The notes: generated from the letters alone by a model not told the origin. Counted from the stretch's first letter, positions 1 to 11,102 are shown. The stretch: DNA of 64,000 bases from Marinicella sp. (GCA_965230295.1 OZ246001.1:3808001-3872000), one strand, 5' to 3'. A program made the numbers and translations.

Positions 1-1116
1 CCATTTAGCCTTTCTACACTCAATAGTAGAAATGGTTTTGCTATACATGGTCAACATCATAGCGATTTTTCAGGCCGTTCAGTTAATTCTGCAGGTGATT
101 TCAATGGCGATGGAGTTGATGATTTGATTATTGGAGCCCATGGAGCAAATCCAGGTGTTGGAGCAAATACTGGTAAAAGTTATGTGATTTTTGGCAGCGA
201 CGAAGAGAATGGTTTGCCTCATCCGTTTGATTTATTTCATATCAATCCACAGAATGGCTTTGTTATTAATGGCGAAGATGCGGGTGATGATTCGGGAATT
301 TCAGTCAATTCTGCAGGCGATGTCAATGGCGATGGTATCGATGATTTAATCATTGGGGCGGATGGTGCTGATCCAGATGGCAAATTAAATGCTGGTAAAA
401 GTTATGTGATCTTTGGTAGAACCGAACCGTTGACCAGCCCGTTCAATTTATCTGAACTCAACAGCCAAGACCAAGACGGGTTTGTCATCAAAGGTGAAAA
501 TGAATTTGATAATTCGGGCGTATCAGTCAGTTCAGCTGGTGATTTCAATGGCGATGGGATCGATGATTTAATTATTGGTGCTAATGGTGCAGGTCTAATT
601 GGCCAACCCGATATTGGTAAAATTTATGTGATCTTTGGAAGTGATCATGAATTGACGAATCAGTTTAATCTATCTAATGTTAATGGACTAAATGGTTTCG
701 TTATAAATGGTGAAAATGCAGGAGATAATTCGGGAATTTCAGTCAATTATGCAGGTGATGTTAATGGCGATGGTGTCGATGATTTAATCATTGGGGCAGA
801 TGGTGCTGATCCAGATGGCAAATCAAATGCTGGTAAAAGTTATGTGGTTTTTGGAAAAAATGGCTGTTTACCCAGTTCACTTAATCTATCAAATCTTGAT
901 GGTAATAATGGTTTTACTATCAACGGTGAAAATGAAGGTGATAATTCGGGAAATTCAGTCAATTCTGCAGGTGATGTTAATGGTGATGAGATTGATGATT
1001 TGATTATCGGAGCTTATACTGCCGATCCGAATGGTGCTTCTGGTGCTGGTAAAAGCTATGTGGTCTTTGGCAGCAAGAGCGATATTATTTTCGAAAGTGC
1101 GTTTGACTGTAATTAG
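1..1116 (+). CDS. FG-GAP/integrin-alpha-like beta-propeller protein (5' end outside window)
   Basis: Frame open from base 1; five GD[FV]NGDG/ExDDLIIGA...GKSYV[IV]FG repeats visible; ends SDIIFESAFDCN. Confidence 0.9.
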   Translation, partial: PFSLSTLNSRNGFAIHGQHHSDFSGRSVNSAGDFNGDGVDDLIIGAHGANPGVGANTGKSYVIFGSDEENGLPHPFDLFHINPQNGFVINGEDAGDDSGISVNSAGDVNGDGIDDLIIGADGADPDGKLNAGKSYVIFGRTEPLTSPFNLSELNSQDQDGFVIKGENEFDNSGVSVSSAGDFNGDGIDDLIIGANGAGLIGQPDIGKIYVIFGSDHELTNQFNLSNVNGLNGFVINGENAGDNSGISVNYAGDVNGDGVDDLIIGADGADPDGKSNAGKSYVVFGKNGCLPSSLNLSNLDGNNGFTINGENEGDNSGNSVNSAGDVNGDEIDDLIIGAYTADPNGASGAGKSYVVFGSKSDIIFESAFDCN

Positions 1117-1222
1117 AAATAAATCTATGACTCGAAAGGTTATTAGCTTTTGGGAGTGTGGCGACCTTTTTAGTAAACTCACTACTATGTCACTGTGATT
1201 TTACTATTTATTTTTTTAGCAT

Positions 1223-1540
1223 GTGACAAAAAGAACAAATATAGTTTTTTGTCTTATTATCCATCAAGTAGCTCTTGCTCAGTTTTCCTTTGAATTAGAC
1301 TTGTCTAATTCAAACGGCCAAAATGGTTTCATTATCAATGGCAAAAATGCAGGAGATGAATTGGGTTATTCAGTCAGTTCAGCTGGTGATGTCAATGGAG
1401 ATGGAGTCGATGATTTGATTATTGGTGCCTTTAGTGCCAATCCAAATGATACTTTTGGGGCAGGTAAAAGTTATATAGTCTTTGGCAGCAAGGGCGATAA
1501 AGTTTTTAAAAGCCCGTTTGATGGGTTTGTCTGTCATTAG
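1223..1540 (+). pseudogene. Internally deleted FG-GAP gene (single repeat joined to C-terminal tail)
   Basis: 5' DNA nearly identical to the 1633 gene; damaged signal peptide; one repeat, then tail GDKVFKSPFD. Confidence 0.75.
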
Positions 1541-1632
1541 GAATAAATCTTTGACTCAAGAGATTACTAATTTTAAAGAGTACGGTGACCTTTTTAATAA
1601 ACTCCACTATGTCAGTGTGAGTTTACTATTGA

Positions 1633-3045
1633 TTGTTTTTAGTATATGAAAAAAAGAAAAATATAGTTTTTGCCTTATTATCAACTGTGCTGAGTCATCA
1701 AGTAGTTTTTGCTCAGTTTTCCGTTGAATTAGACTTGTCTGATTTAAACGGCCAAAATGGTTTCATTATCAATGGCGAAAATGCAGGAGATGAATTGGGT
1801 TATTCAGTCAGTTCAGCAGGCGATGTCAATGGTGATGGGATTGATGATTTAATTATTGGTGCCAATGGTGCACGTCATAATGGTGAGTCAAGTGCTGGCA
1901 ATAGCTATGTGATATTTGGTAACGAGGGGTTTTTATCTGGTTCATTTAACCTACCCAATCTCAATGGTAAAAATGGATTTGTTATTAATGGACAAAATGG
2001 AGTTGATTTTTCATCGGGTTGGTCAGTCAGTTCAGCTGGCGATGTCAATGGTGATGGTGTTGATGATTTGATTATTGGCGCATCTAATGTAGATCCAAAT
2101 CATCAGTTAAGAACAGGAAAAAGTTATGTGATCTTTGGTAGTTTAGACATTTTCCCGCGCTCTCTTAATTTAGCCACTCTTAATGGTGATAATGGTTTTG
2201 TTATCAATGGCGAAAATAGAGGTGATTATTTGGCTCAATCAGTCAGCTCAGCAGGTGATGTCAACAATGACGGGGTTGATGATTTAATCATTGGAGCCCT
2301 TGGTGCAGATCCGGATGGTCGGTCTAATGCAGGGAAAAGTTATGTGATTTTTGGCAGTGACGAAGAGAATGGATTATCTCATCCGTTTAACCTGATTGAT
2401 ATCAATGGTGAAAACGGATTTGTCATCATTGGCGAGAATGCAGATGATTTTTTGGGTTATTCTGTCAGCTCAGCAGGTGATGTCAACAAAGACGGGATTG
2501 ATGATTTGATCATTGGTGCATATCGTGCAGAATCAGATGCCGGGAAAAGTTATGTTATTTTTGGCAGTGACGAAGAGAATGGCTTACCTCATCCGTTTAA
2601 CCTGATTGACATCAATGGTGAGAATGGTTTTGTTATCAATGGTGAAAATGATGGTGATGAATCGGGCCGTACAGTTAGTTCAGCTGGTGATGTCAATGGT
2701 GATGGGGTCGATGATTTGATTATTGGAGCTTATAAAGCAGATTCAGATGGTCGGCCAAACACAGGTAAAAGTTATGTGGTATATGGCAGTAAAATTGAGT
2801 TTCCTAGCCAGTTAAACCTATCCACCCTCGATGATGAAAATGGCTTCGTGATCAATGGCAAAAAAAATGGTGATGGACTGGGTCGTTCAGTTAGTTCAGC
2901 TGGTGATTTCAATAATGATGGAGTGTCCGATATGATTATTGGGGCACCTAATAATAAATGTGATAATTCAGGTAAGAGTTATGTTATTTTTGGAATGAAT
3001 GACAATAACGAAGTTGTTTTCAGAAATGGGTTTGATTGCATTTAG
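1633..3045 (+). CDS. Secreted FG-GAP propeller protein, 6 repeats
   Basis: Signal-like N-terminus ending VFA-QF; 6 GD[VF]NxD repeats; tail NEVVFRNGFDCI; the paralog-like ATG at 1646 is out of frame by one A. Confidence 0.85.
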   Translation: MFLVYEKKKNIVFALLSTVLSHQVVFAQFSVELDLSDLNGQNGFIINGENAGDELGYSVSSAGDVNGDGIDDLIIGANGARHNGESSAGNSYVIFGNEGFLSGSFNLPNLNGKNGFVINGQNGVDFSSGWSVSSAGDVNGDGVDDLIIGASNVDPNHQLRTGKSYVIFGSLDIFPRSLNLATLNGDNGFVINGENRGDYLAQSVSSAGDVNNDGVDDLIIGALGADPDGRSNAGKSYVIFGSDEENGLSHPFNLIDINGENGFVIIGENADDFLGYSVSSAGDVNKDGIDDLIIGAYRAESDAGKSYVIFGSDEENGLPHPFNLIDINGENGFVINGENDGDESGRTVSSAGDVNGDGVDDLIIGAYKADSDGRPNTGKSYVVYGSKIEFPSQLNLSTLDDENGFVINGKKNGDGLGRSVSSAGDFNNDGVSDMIIGAPNNKCDNSGKSYVIFGMNDNNEVVFRNGFDCI

Positions 3046-3136
3046 GTTGAGAATATTCCATTCACAAATTAGTCAGCAAGCAGCCATTTTTCCATTTTTG
3101 AATTAAATCCATTGAAATCAATTATTAAAAAAACCT

Positions 3137-3163
3137 TGCAACAAAACTGATGGCTGCTGCAAC
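3137..3163 (+). promoter_or_regulatory. Putative operator TGCAAC-N15-TGCAAC
   Basis: tgcaacaaaactgatggctgctgcaac; same 21-bp-spaced motif at 7 other loci upstream of secreted-protein genes. Confidence 0.55.
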
Positions 3164-3558
3164 GAAGCTTATAGTTGATTTTTGTGTGTAAATGTAAACT
3201 TGTCATGTTGCATAGTTTTCTTGATTAACAGATCAATTTATTGTGCATCTTTTGATGGTAAGATTCATGCCGACACCAGGGCTGACTGCTAGTGACATGA
3301 TGCCTAAACTCATCCCTGAGAATCTATCTTTCAAAGTGAAAAAGACGTTTTGACATTACGACAGTTTTAATATCGAATCGATTTTTATAGGGAATGAAAT
3401 CATTATTGATGCCAAGTGTGGGCAAGTTAATAGACACATGGGATGATTAAAAGGAGTGGTGGCGTAAAACACATCGCTATTTTTAAAATCGATACCATTG
3501 AAGTTTGGTTATGTGGTGGTTTTTCTTAATTACAAAAAAGCAAAATGAGGTTTGAGTT

Positions 3559-5154
3559 ATGAAAATAAAGAAAAAAGTAAGTGTAACATTATTGTTGGCT
3601 TTATTGAGCCATCAAATAGCTTTGGCACAATTTCCAGTTGAGCTAGAGTTATCTGATTTGAATGGCCAAAATGGCATTGGCATTAATGGAGAAAAATTTG
3701 GTGATTTTTCAGGCTCTTCAGTCAGTTCTGCTGGTGATTTCAATGACGATGGGATCGATGATTTGATTATTGGGGCCTATAATTCAGGTGCAGGTAAAAG
3801 CTATGTGATCTTTGGAAGTTCTACTGGTTTGAATCTATTTAACTTGGGTTCCCTTAATGGCAAAAATGGTTTTGTGATAAATGGCGAAAGCTATGGCGAT
3901 GATTCAGGTCTTTCGGTCAGTTCAGCCGGTGATTTCAATGGCGACGAAATTGATGATTTGATTATTGGAGCCCCCGATGCGTTTCTAAATGGTGGACGAT
4001 CTGTTGGTAAAAGTTATGTAGTCTTTGGTAGATCGGAAGGTTTGCCCAACTCATTAAATTTGTCCGAGCTCAATGGTGAAAATGGCTTTGTGATCAACGG
4101 CGAAAATGAAAGAGATTTTTTAGGTAGATCAGTCAGTTCGGCTGGTGATTTTAATGGTGATGAAATTGATGATTTAATTATTGGGGCTTTCGGCGCAGAT
4201 CCGGACGGAGAAACAAATGCTGGTAAAAGTTATGTGGTGTTTGGTAGTACGGCAGATTTGCCTCGCACACTTAATTTGTCTACCCTAAATGGAGAAAATG
4301 GTTTTGTTATCAATGGCGAAAACGCAGGTGACCATTTGGGTTATTCAGTCAGTTCAGCTGGAGATTTTAATGGTGATGAAGTTGATGATTTGATTTTAGG
4401 AGCCTATGGTGCAGATCCAGACGGCCAATCATTTGCAGGTAAAAGTTATGTGGTCTTTGGCAGTGACGATGAAAACGGTTTACCAAATTCTTTTAACCTT
4501 TCCTCCCTCAATGGCGAGAATGGTTTTGCAATACATGGCCAAAATCAAGATGATTTTTCGGGTCAATCAGTCAGTCTTGCCGGTGATGTCAATGGCGATG
4601 GGTTAGATGATTTGATTATTGGAGCCTTTAATTCAGGCGCAGGCGCAGGTAAAAGTTATGTGGTCTTTGGCAACACTGAAGGTTTATCCAATCCACTAAA
4701 CTTATCCACCCTCAACGGCGAGACTGGATTCGTTATCAACGGCGAAAATGAGAATGACGGTTCGGGTTATTCAGTCAGTTCAGCCGGTGATGTTAACGGT
4801 GATGGGGTTGATGATTTAATTATCGGCGCAGATTTAGCAGATTCTGATGATGCAATAAATGCTGGTAAAAGTTATGTGGTCTTTGGTAGCACAGAGGGTT
4901 TTCCCAATCCGTTTAACCTCTCCGATCTTGATGGTTTAAATGGTTTTGTTATCAATGGTGAAAATAGGGGGGATCTTTCGGGACATTCAGTCAGTTCAGT
5001 CGGTGATGTTAATGGTGATGAAGTTGATGATTTAATTATTGGAGCATATTTTGCTTGTGACCGTTCGGGTAGGAGTTATGTGGTCTATGGTCAGAATAAC
5101 GATGGGAGTAATAATGGTGACATAATTTTTAAAAATGGATTTGGATGTATGTAG
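3559..5154 (+). CDS. Secreted FG-GAP propeller protein, 7 repeats
   Basis: Sec signal MKIKKK...ALA; 7 repeats; tail GDIIFKNGFGCM. Confidence 0.93.
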   Translation: MKIKKKVSVTLLLALLSHQIALAQFPVELELSDLNGQNGIGINGEKFGDFSGSSVSSAGDFNDDGIDDLIIGAYNSGAGKSYVIFGSSTGLNLFNLGSLNGKNGFVINGESYGDDSGLSVSSAGDFNGDEIDDLIIGAPDAFLNGGRSVGKSYVVFGRSEGLPNSLNLSELNGENGFVINGENERDFLGRSVSSAGDFNGDEIDDLIIGAFGADPDGETNAGKSYVVFGSTADLPRTLNLSTLNGENGFVINGENAGDHLGYSVSSAGDFNGDEVDDLILGAYGADPDGQSFAGKSYVVFGSDDENGLPNSFNLSSLNGENGFAIHGQNQDDFSGQSVSLAGDVNGDGLDDLIIGAFNSGAGAGKSYVVFGNTEGLSNPLNLSTLNGETGFVINGENENDGSGYSVSSAGDVNGDGVDDLIIGADLADSDDAINAGKSYVVFGSTEGFPNPFNLSDLDGLNGFVINGENRGDLSGHSVSSVGDVNGDEVDDLIIGAYFACDRSGRSYVVYGQNNDGSNNGDIIFKNGFGCM

Positions 5155-5280
5155 GTACAAGTCATTCAAGAAAGAATTTTTAATTGTGAGGTCTGCGGCG
5201 GTTTTTATAAAGTCTGACATCACTGAAACCTATTTCGTAATTTTTCATTACTTATATGCAAATAACATAAGTCTACATTT

Positions 5281-6879
5281 ATGAAAATAAGAAAAATATT
5301 TATCATTTCTTTAATTTTAGGGTTGAACAACCAAATAGTCTTAGCGCAGTTTCCAGCAGAAATTGAACTAACTGACTTGAACGGTCTAAATGGACTAATT
5401 ATCAATGGCGAAAATACAGGCGATGTTTCAGGTTTCTCTGTAGCTTCAGCAGGCGATGTCAATGGTGATGGGATTGATGATTTAATTATTGGGGCTTTCG
5501 GCGCAGATCAGGGCGGAGAGTCAAGTGCTGGTAAAAGCTATGTGATCTTTGGGAGTAGGAATGGTTTCTCCAATCCGTTGAACCTATCCACCCTCAACGG
5601 TGAAAACGGGTTTGTGATTAATGGCGAAGATACAGATGATTTCTCAGGTATTTCTGTCAGTTTAGCTGGAGATTTTAATGGTGATGAGATTAATGATTTG
5701 ATCATTGGGGCATCTGGTGCAGACCCAGATGCGCAGTCAAGGGCTGGAAAAACTTATATTATATTTGGTAATAGATATTTTCCTAGTTCGCTTCATTTAT
5801 CCGCCCTCAACAGTGAGAATGGGGTTGTCATCAATGGTGAAAATACAAATGATAATGCTGGTAAGTCAGTCAGTTCAGCTGGTGATTTCAATAATGATGG
5901 GATTGGTGATTTGATTATTGGGGCCTATGGTGCAGAAACAATAACAGGTAAAAGTTATGTGGTCCTTGGCAGCACTAGAGGTTTACCCAACAATCCGTTT
6001 GATCTGGCCACTCTCAACGAAGAAAATGGCTTCGTTCTCAATGGTGAAACCATTGGTGATAGCTCAGGAGCACATGTCAGTTCCGCAGGTGATGTCAATG
6101 GTGATGGAATTGATGATTTGATTATTGGGGCCTATACTGCAGATTCAGGTATTATATTTAATGCAGGTAAAAGTTATGTGGTTTTTGGTACTACCGACGA
6201 ATTACCCAGTCCGTTTCACTTGTCCGATCTTGATGGCTTAAATGGTTTTGTCATTCATGGTGAAAATGATAGTGATAATGCTGGTGTTTCAGCCAGTTCA
6301 GCTGGGGATGTTAATGGCGATGGAGTTGATGATTTAATTATTGGAGCTTATAAAGCAGATTCAGATGGTCGACCAAACACAGGTAAAAGTTATGTGGTAT
6401 ATGGCAGTACAACTGCATTTTCTAATCGGTTGAAACTTCGCGACCTAAATGGTGAAAATGGCTTTGTTATCAATGGCGAAAATACAAATGATTTCCTAGG
6501 AGGTTCAGTCAGCTCTGCAGGTGATGTCAATGGTGATGGGTTTAGCGATTTGATCATTGGGGCTACTGGTGCAGATTCAGGTGCGGGTAAAAGCTATGTG
6601 GTTTTTGGGAATTTAACTTCCTGTTTATCGAAGTCACTTAATCTAGACACCCTCAATGGTGAAAATGGATTTGTTATCAATGGTGAAAAAGCGGGAGATA
6701 ACGCAGGTATTTCAGTCAGTTCAGCTGGTGATGTCAATGGGGATGGGATTGACGATTTGATTATTGGAGCTTATAGTGCTGATCACAATAACGAATCAAA
6801 TGCTGGTAAAAGCTATGTAGTCTTTGGAATCAATAACAATGACGATATGATTTTCGAAGATGGGTTTGATTGTATTTAG
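5281..6879 (+). CDS. Secreted FG-GAP propeller protein, 7 repeats
   Basis: Sec signal MKIRK...VLA; 7 repeats; tail DDMIFEDGFDCI. Confidence 0.93.
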   Translation: MKIRKIFIISLILGLNNQIVLAQFPAEIELTDLNGLNGLIINGENTGDVSGFSVASAGDVNGDGIDDLIIGAFGADQGGESSAGKSYVIFGSRNGFSNPLNLSTLNGENGFVINGEDTDDFSGISVSLAGDFNGDEINDLIIGASGADPDAQSRAGKTYIIFGNRYFPSSLHLSALNSENGVVINGENTNDNAGKSVSSAGDFNNDGIGDLIIGAYGAETITGKSYVVLGSTRGLPNNPFDLATLNEENGFVLNGETIGDSSGAHVSSAGDVNGDGIDDLIIGAYTADSGIIFNAGKSYVVFGTTDELPSPFHLSDLDGLNGFVIHGENDSDNAGVSASSAGDVNGDGVDDLIIGAYKADSDGRPNTGKSYVVYGSTTAFSNRLKLRDLNGENGFVINGENTNDFLGGSVSSAGDVNGDGFSDLIIGATGADSGAGKSYVVFGNLTSCLSKSLNLDTLNGENGFVINGEKAGDNAGISVSSAGDVNGDGIDDLIIGAYSADHNNESNAGKSYVVFGINNNDDMIFEDGFDCI

Positions 6880-6990
6880 GCATAAGTGTAAATTCAAAGT
6901 ATATTCTTCCCTAAAAAATGTCTAACAAATAGTAAATTGATATTTCTCTTTCATAATCAAACCTATTGCAATCAGATATTCAGAAGGCGT

Positions 6991-7017
6991 AGCAACAAAA
7001 TTGATTGATGTTGCAAC
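6991..7017 (+). promoter_or_regulatory. Putative operator AGCAAC-N15-TGCAAC
   Basis: agcaacaaaattgattgatgttgcaac; flanks similar to the 3137 copy. Confidence 0.55.
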
Positions 7018-7406
7018 TAACTTCATAGTTGATTTTTCATGTGTATGTGTAAACTTAATTGACTGTGTTTTAATTTACAGTAATTAGACATGATAAGTTC
7101 ATAGCAAGCAAACGCTTAATGTTTTGATTGTAAAAATGGCGCCTCGTTACATTACAGTTATGCAGCATGCCTAATTTCTGGAAATCTATTAACAGCTAAT
7201 AACTTTGGAATTGCTCAGTCTACAACACGTTTATACTGTTTGGCTTTACTTGCTTACGGAAAAAATGTGTGTCATTTCATGGGATAGAAGCCGGAGAAGA
7301 AGTTGACTAGAGAGTTAGTGATAACAATAAGTGGATTATGAAGTGTTTTATCGCTTTAATTTGAATGTGAATTGGCCGTGTAAATTTAAAACAAAATGAG
7401 ATGTTT

Positions 7407-9038
7407 ATGAAAATAAGAAAAAAAGCAAGTTTTGCTTTATTATCAACAGTATTGGGGCATAATTTAGCGTTCGCCACATTACCTCGTCAATTAGATTTAT
7501 CTGATTTGAATGGTCAAAATGTCTTGGTTTTTAATGGTGAAAATGCTAATGATCGCTTGGGTCGATCTGTAAGTTTTGCAGGTGATGTCAATGGAGATGA
7601 AATCGATGATTTAATTATTGGTGCCTATAATGCAGATTCAGGTAGTGAATCACGTGCAGGTAAAAGTTATGTAGTCTTTGGTACTGAGGATAACTTGCCT
7701 AGCTCATTTGATCTGTCTACACTCGATGGTGAGAATGGCTTTGTTATCAATGGCGAAAATAGCCGTGATCTATCGGGTTATTCTGTCAGTTCAGCCGGAG
7801 ACTTTAATAATGATGGTGTTGATGATTTAGTTATTGGAGCATTTGGTGCCAGTATCGATACTAATTTAAGTGTTGTTTCAGATGTCGGTAAAAGTTATGT
7901 GATTTTTGGTAGTAAATTAGGTTTTCCTAGTTTACTTGAATTGTCCACTCTCAATGGTGTAAATGGTTTTATTATCATTGGTGAAACTGAAGAAGATTAT
8001 TCGGGGGTTTCAATCAGTTCAGCAGGTGATGTCAATGGAGATGAAATTGATGATTTAATTATTGGGGCGTATGGTGCAGGATCTGATGCCGGTAAAAGTT
8101 ATGTGATTTTCGGCAGTGAGGAAGAATTAACCAGCCCGTTAAATTTATCAAATCTCGATGGTGAGAATGGTTTTGTAATCAATGGCGAGAATGCAGGCGA
8201 TTCTTCTGGCCTTTCTGTCAATTCAGCTGGCGATGTAAATCATGATGGGATTGATGACATAATTATTGGGGCTTTCGGCGCAGATCCGGGCGGAGAGTCA
8301 AGTGCTGGTAAAAGTTATGTAATCTTTGGCAGTGACGATGAGAACGGCTTGCCTAATCCTTTTAACTTATCCTCCCTCAATGGTGAAAATGGTTTTGCAA
8401 TACATGGTCAATATGATGGTGATTTATCGGGCGAATCAGTCAGTTCAGCAGGTGATGTCAATGGTGATGGAATTGATGACTTGGTTATTGGTGCATTCGG
8501 CGCAGATCCAGGTGAAGTGTTAGGTGCTGGAAAAAGTTATGTGATCTTTGGTAGCCCGGATAATATACCCCATCCGTTTGACCTATTTGATATCAATGGA
8601 CAGAATGGTTTTGTTATTAATGGTGAAAATGCATTTGATGCATCTGGTCATTCAGTGAGTTCAGCCGGCGATATCAATAATGATGGGATCGATGATTTGA
8701 TTATTGGGGCTCTGGGTGCTGATCTGGGTACTGACTTAGATGTTGGCAAAATTTATGTGGTCTTTGGCAGTGATGAGACTTTTCTCAACCCGTTTAACTT
8801 GTCTGACATCAACTTCAAATGTGAAAATACTTTTCTTCAAAATGCTTTTCTCATTAAAGGCGAAAATACAGGTGATAATGCTGGCACCTCCGTCAGTTCA
8901 GCCGGTGATTTTAATCATGATGGGATTGGTGATTTGATCATTGGAGCCGAAGGGGTTAATTCAAGAACTGGCAAAAGCTATGTTGTCTTTGGCCGCGAGA
9001 GCGAAATCATTTCTGCAAATGGCTTTGATTGTATGTAA
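7407..9038 (+). CDS. Secreted FG-GAP propeller protein, 7 repeats
   Basis: Sec signal MKIRKK...AFA; 7 repeats; tail SEIISANGFDCM. Confidence 0.93.
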   Translation: MKIRKKASFALLSTVLGHNLAFATLPRQLDLSDLNGQNVLVFNGENANDRLGRSVSFAGDVNGDEIDDLIIGAYNADSGSESRAGKSYVVFGTEDNLPSSFDLSTLDGENGFVINGENSRDLSGYSVSSAGDFNNDGVDDLVIGAFGASIDTNLSVVSDVGKSYVIFGSKLGFPSLLELSTLNGVNGFIIIGETEEDYSGVSISSAGDVNGDEIDDLIIGAYGAGSDAGKSYVIFGSEEELTSPLNLSNLDGENGFVINGENAGDSSGLSVNSAGDVNHDGIDDIIIGAFGADPGGESSAGKSYVIFGSDDENGLPNPFNLSSLNGENGFAIHGQYDGDLSGESVSSAGDVNGDGIDDLVIGAFGADPGEVLGAGKSYVIFGSPDNIPHPFDLFDINGQNGFVINGENAFDASGHSVSSAGDINNDGIDDLIIGALGADLGTDLDVGKIYVVFGSDETFLNPFNLSDINFKCENTFLQNAFLIKGENTGDNAGTSVSSAGDFNHDGIGDLIIGAEGVNSRTGKSYVVFGRESEIISANGFDCM

Positions 9039-9159
9039 GTGATAATCCTTGATTACAAAAATTCAACTATGAGGAAATTTCAACAGGTCATTTTGTGATC
9101 TCAAAATTGCTGGTGTTGGATGATTTGTTGTTTGTATATAAAAGGTTTAGGGTTGAACT

Positions 9160-9371
9160 AAAAAAAATTATTTCTGGTTATCGTTATGACATTGTTTAAT
9201 CCGCAAATAGTTCTCGTGCATTTTTCCAGTAAATTTAACTTGCCTGATTTGAATGTTCAAAATAGCCCTTTCCTCACTAGAGAAAATACAGGTGATACTT
9301 TGAATTATTCAGCTAACTTATTAGCTGACGATTTCAGTGGTGAACAACAGTCAGTTTCAGAAACCAGGTAA
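9160..9371 (+). pseudogene. Eroded 5' remnant of an FG-GAP gene
   Basis: PQIVLVHFSSKFNLPDLNVQN...ENTGDTLNYS resembles paralog N-termini (QIVLAQFPAEIELTDLNG...ENTGD). Confidence 0.6.
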
Positions 9372-9505
9372 TTATGAATTCAATCTCGATTTCACAAACA
9401 TCATGACACTTACACTTATCAAAACAGGGTTATTTATCAATTATGCTATATAACAAATGGTTATGATCAAACTAACAATAGCTAAATTTAAACAGAGAAA
9501 TGTCG

Positions 9506-9720
9506 ATGAATATTAAAATATTTATAACTTTGATTTTGATGTTATTCGCATGCTACACGTATGCAGAGCGGGAAACGACAGTTATTCCACCAAATTTTCA
9601 CCTATGAATGAAGCATTGATTTCTGTCATTGATATTCCCGAGTTCGCTTCAGTTGAATATTAAGTTCCTGTATGTCTGATTGTTCATGGTTCTGGGGGTG
9701 TTTTCTTCCAATGAAGTTAA
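9506..9720 (+). pseudogene. Remnant of secreted alpha/beta hydrolase (paralog of 13154 gene)
   Basis: MNIKIFITLILMLFACYTYAERETTVIPP..., then frameshift and stop, ...ISVIDIPEF...VPVCLIVHGSGG; DNA aligns with 13154-13360. Confidence 0.8.
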
Positions 9721-10034
9721 GGATAAAAGTGTGAGGCAATATTGAAATGGATTAAATGGCTATATGAAACCGGTGGCCTACTAAACAGAGTTTATATGAA
9801 TTTGTTGGACAACATTGGCTATTGTTAATAACAGCATGAGCCAAATGGAGTTAACAGCTTCCAATCACGATAAGTTCCATTGCTCTGGTTCACCATTTAT
9901 AAAAGTAATTAAATTTAACTTTTTGGCTTTCTATCGAAGATGCAAATTTTGTCAGATGGAATGGTCGTACCAATACAAGGTATAGTGATTAAACACACTA
10001 AACCTTTTAAAAACAACACATGAGGTCTTATAAC

Positions 10035-10694
10035 ATGACAAAACGAATTTTGATTAGTGGAACAAGAAACGCGTCCAGTTGGGCTTTTCGAGCTTGGTTG
10101 GCCCTGAAAGAACAGAACATTCCATTCGAAGAGCGCATCATTGACATACGGCGTCCGCAAAGGTGGAGCAATCTCAAAGACATAAAAAAAATTTCTCCTG
10201 CCGGTTGTGTTCCAATTTTAAAAGATCAGGGCGCTGTCATCTTTGATTCATTAGCAATTATGGAATATGCCAATGACATCGGTGAATATGATTTGTTACC
10301 AAATGATGTAAAAGAAAAGGCCCGCGCACGAAGTTATATGGCTTGGCAACATTCCTCTTTTGGGAAAGTTTGTCCTTGCCTTTCATTTGAAAGTGCTTTT
10401 TACCCTGAAAAGAAAAATTTATCCGAAGCAGAAAAACAACAAATTAATTGGATATATGGAGTATGGGAAAAGTCCATAATTTCATCTGGTGGCTCCTATT
10501 TAGTAGGAAATTACTCTTTGGCTGACATCATGTCTGTCCCTTCTTTAATAAGACTTTCATCTCATTTACGCCCATCAAAAATGTTTCCTTCCGTTCAAAA
10601 TTGGATGTCTGAATTATTGGGAAGAAAATATGTAATTGAGTGGATGAAAGAAGCCAATGAATTAGATCCAATTTATTTGCCAGGATATTTGTGA
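10035..10694 (+). CDS. Glutathione S-transferase family protein
   Basis: N-x-SSW-x-x-R-x-WL, SPAGCVPIL, DSLAIMEY and YSLADIM motifs. Confidence 0.9.
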   Translation: MTKRILISGTRNASSWAFRAWLALKEQNIPFEERIIDIRRPQRWSNLKDIKKISPAGCVPILKDQGAVIFDSLAIMEYANDIGEYDLLPNDVKEKARARSYMAWQHSSFGKVCPCLSFESAFYPEKKNLSEAEKQQINWIYGVWEKSIISSGGSYLVGNYSLADIMSVPSLIRLSSHLRPSKMFPSVQNWMSELLGRKYVIEWMKEANELDPIYLPGYL

Positions 10695-11102
10695 GTAATG
10701 TCGCATAAACACACAACTAGTTTAGTCTGATCAATGTTACTGTGGTAATAAGCACATTAAATTCTCATGTTTGTCTAATTGCAACATTTCTCATGCATGG
10801 CTTTTAGGATTTTTTATAAACTTTCCAAGCTGTTCATGCGTATGTAAATGCCACAGAATTAATCTAAGTTAACTATACAGGACAGTTAAATCTCTGTTCA
10901 AAAGAACTGCAATTCTAAGAATATTTGCAAGCATGTTGGGAACAAATATTAACATATTTACTGATTTACTGATTTAATTTTTTCTCATGGCTTTAGAGGT
11001 TGTTTAAAACCAAACTGTCATTGTCAATAAATAGTTTATCAAAAAAATAATAAATTTACACCCTTTGAATCTTGGAATGATCGAATGCGAAAGCGTATAA
11101 TC

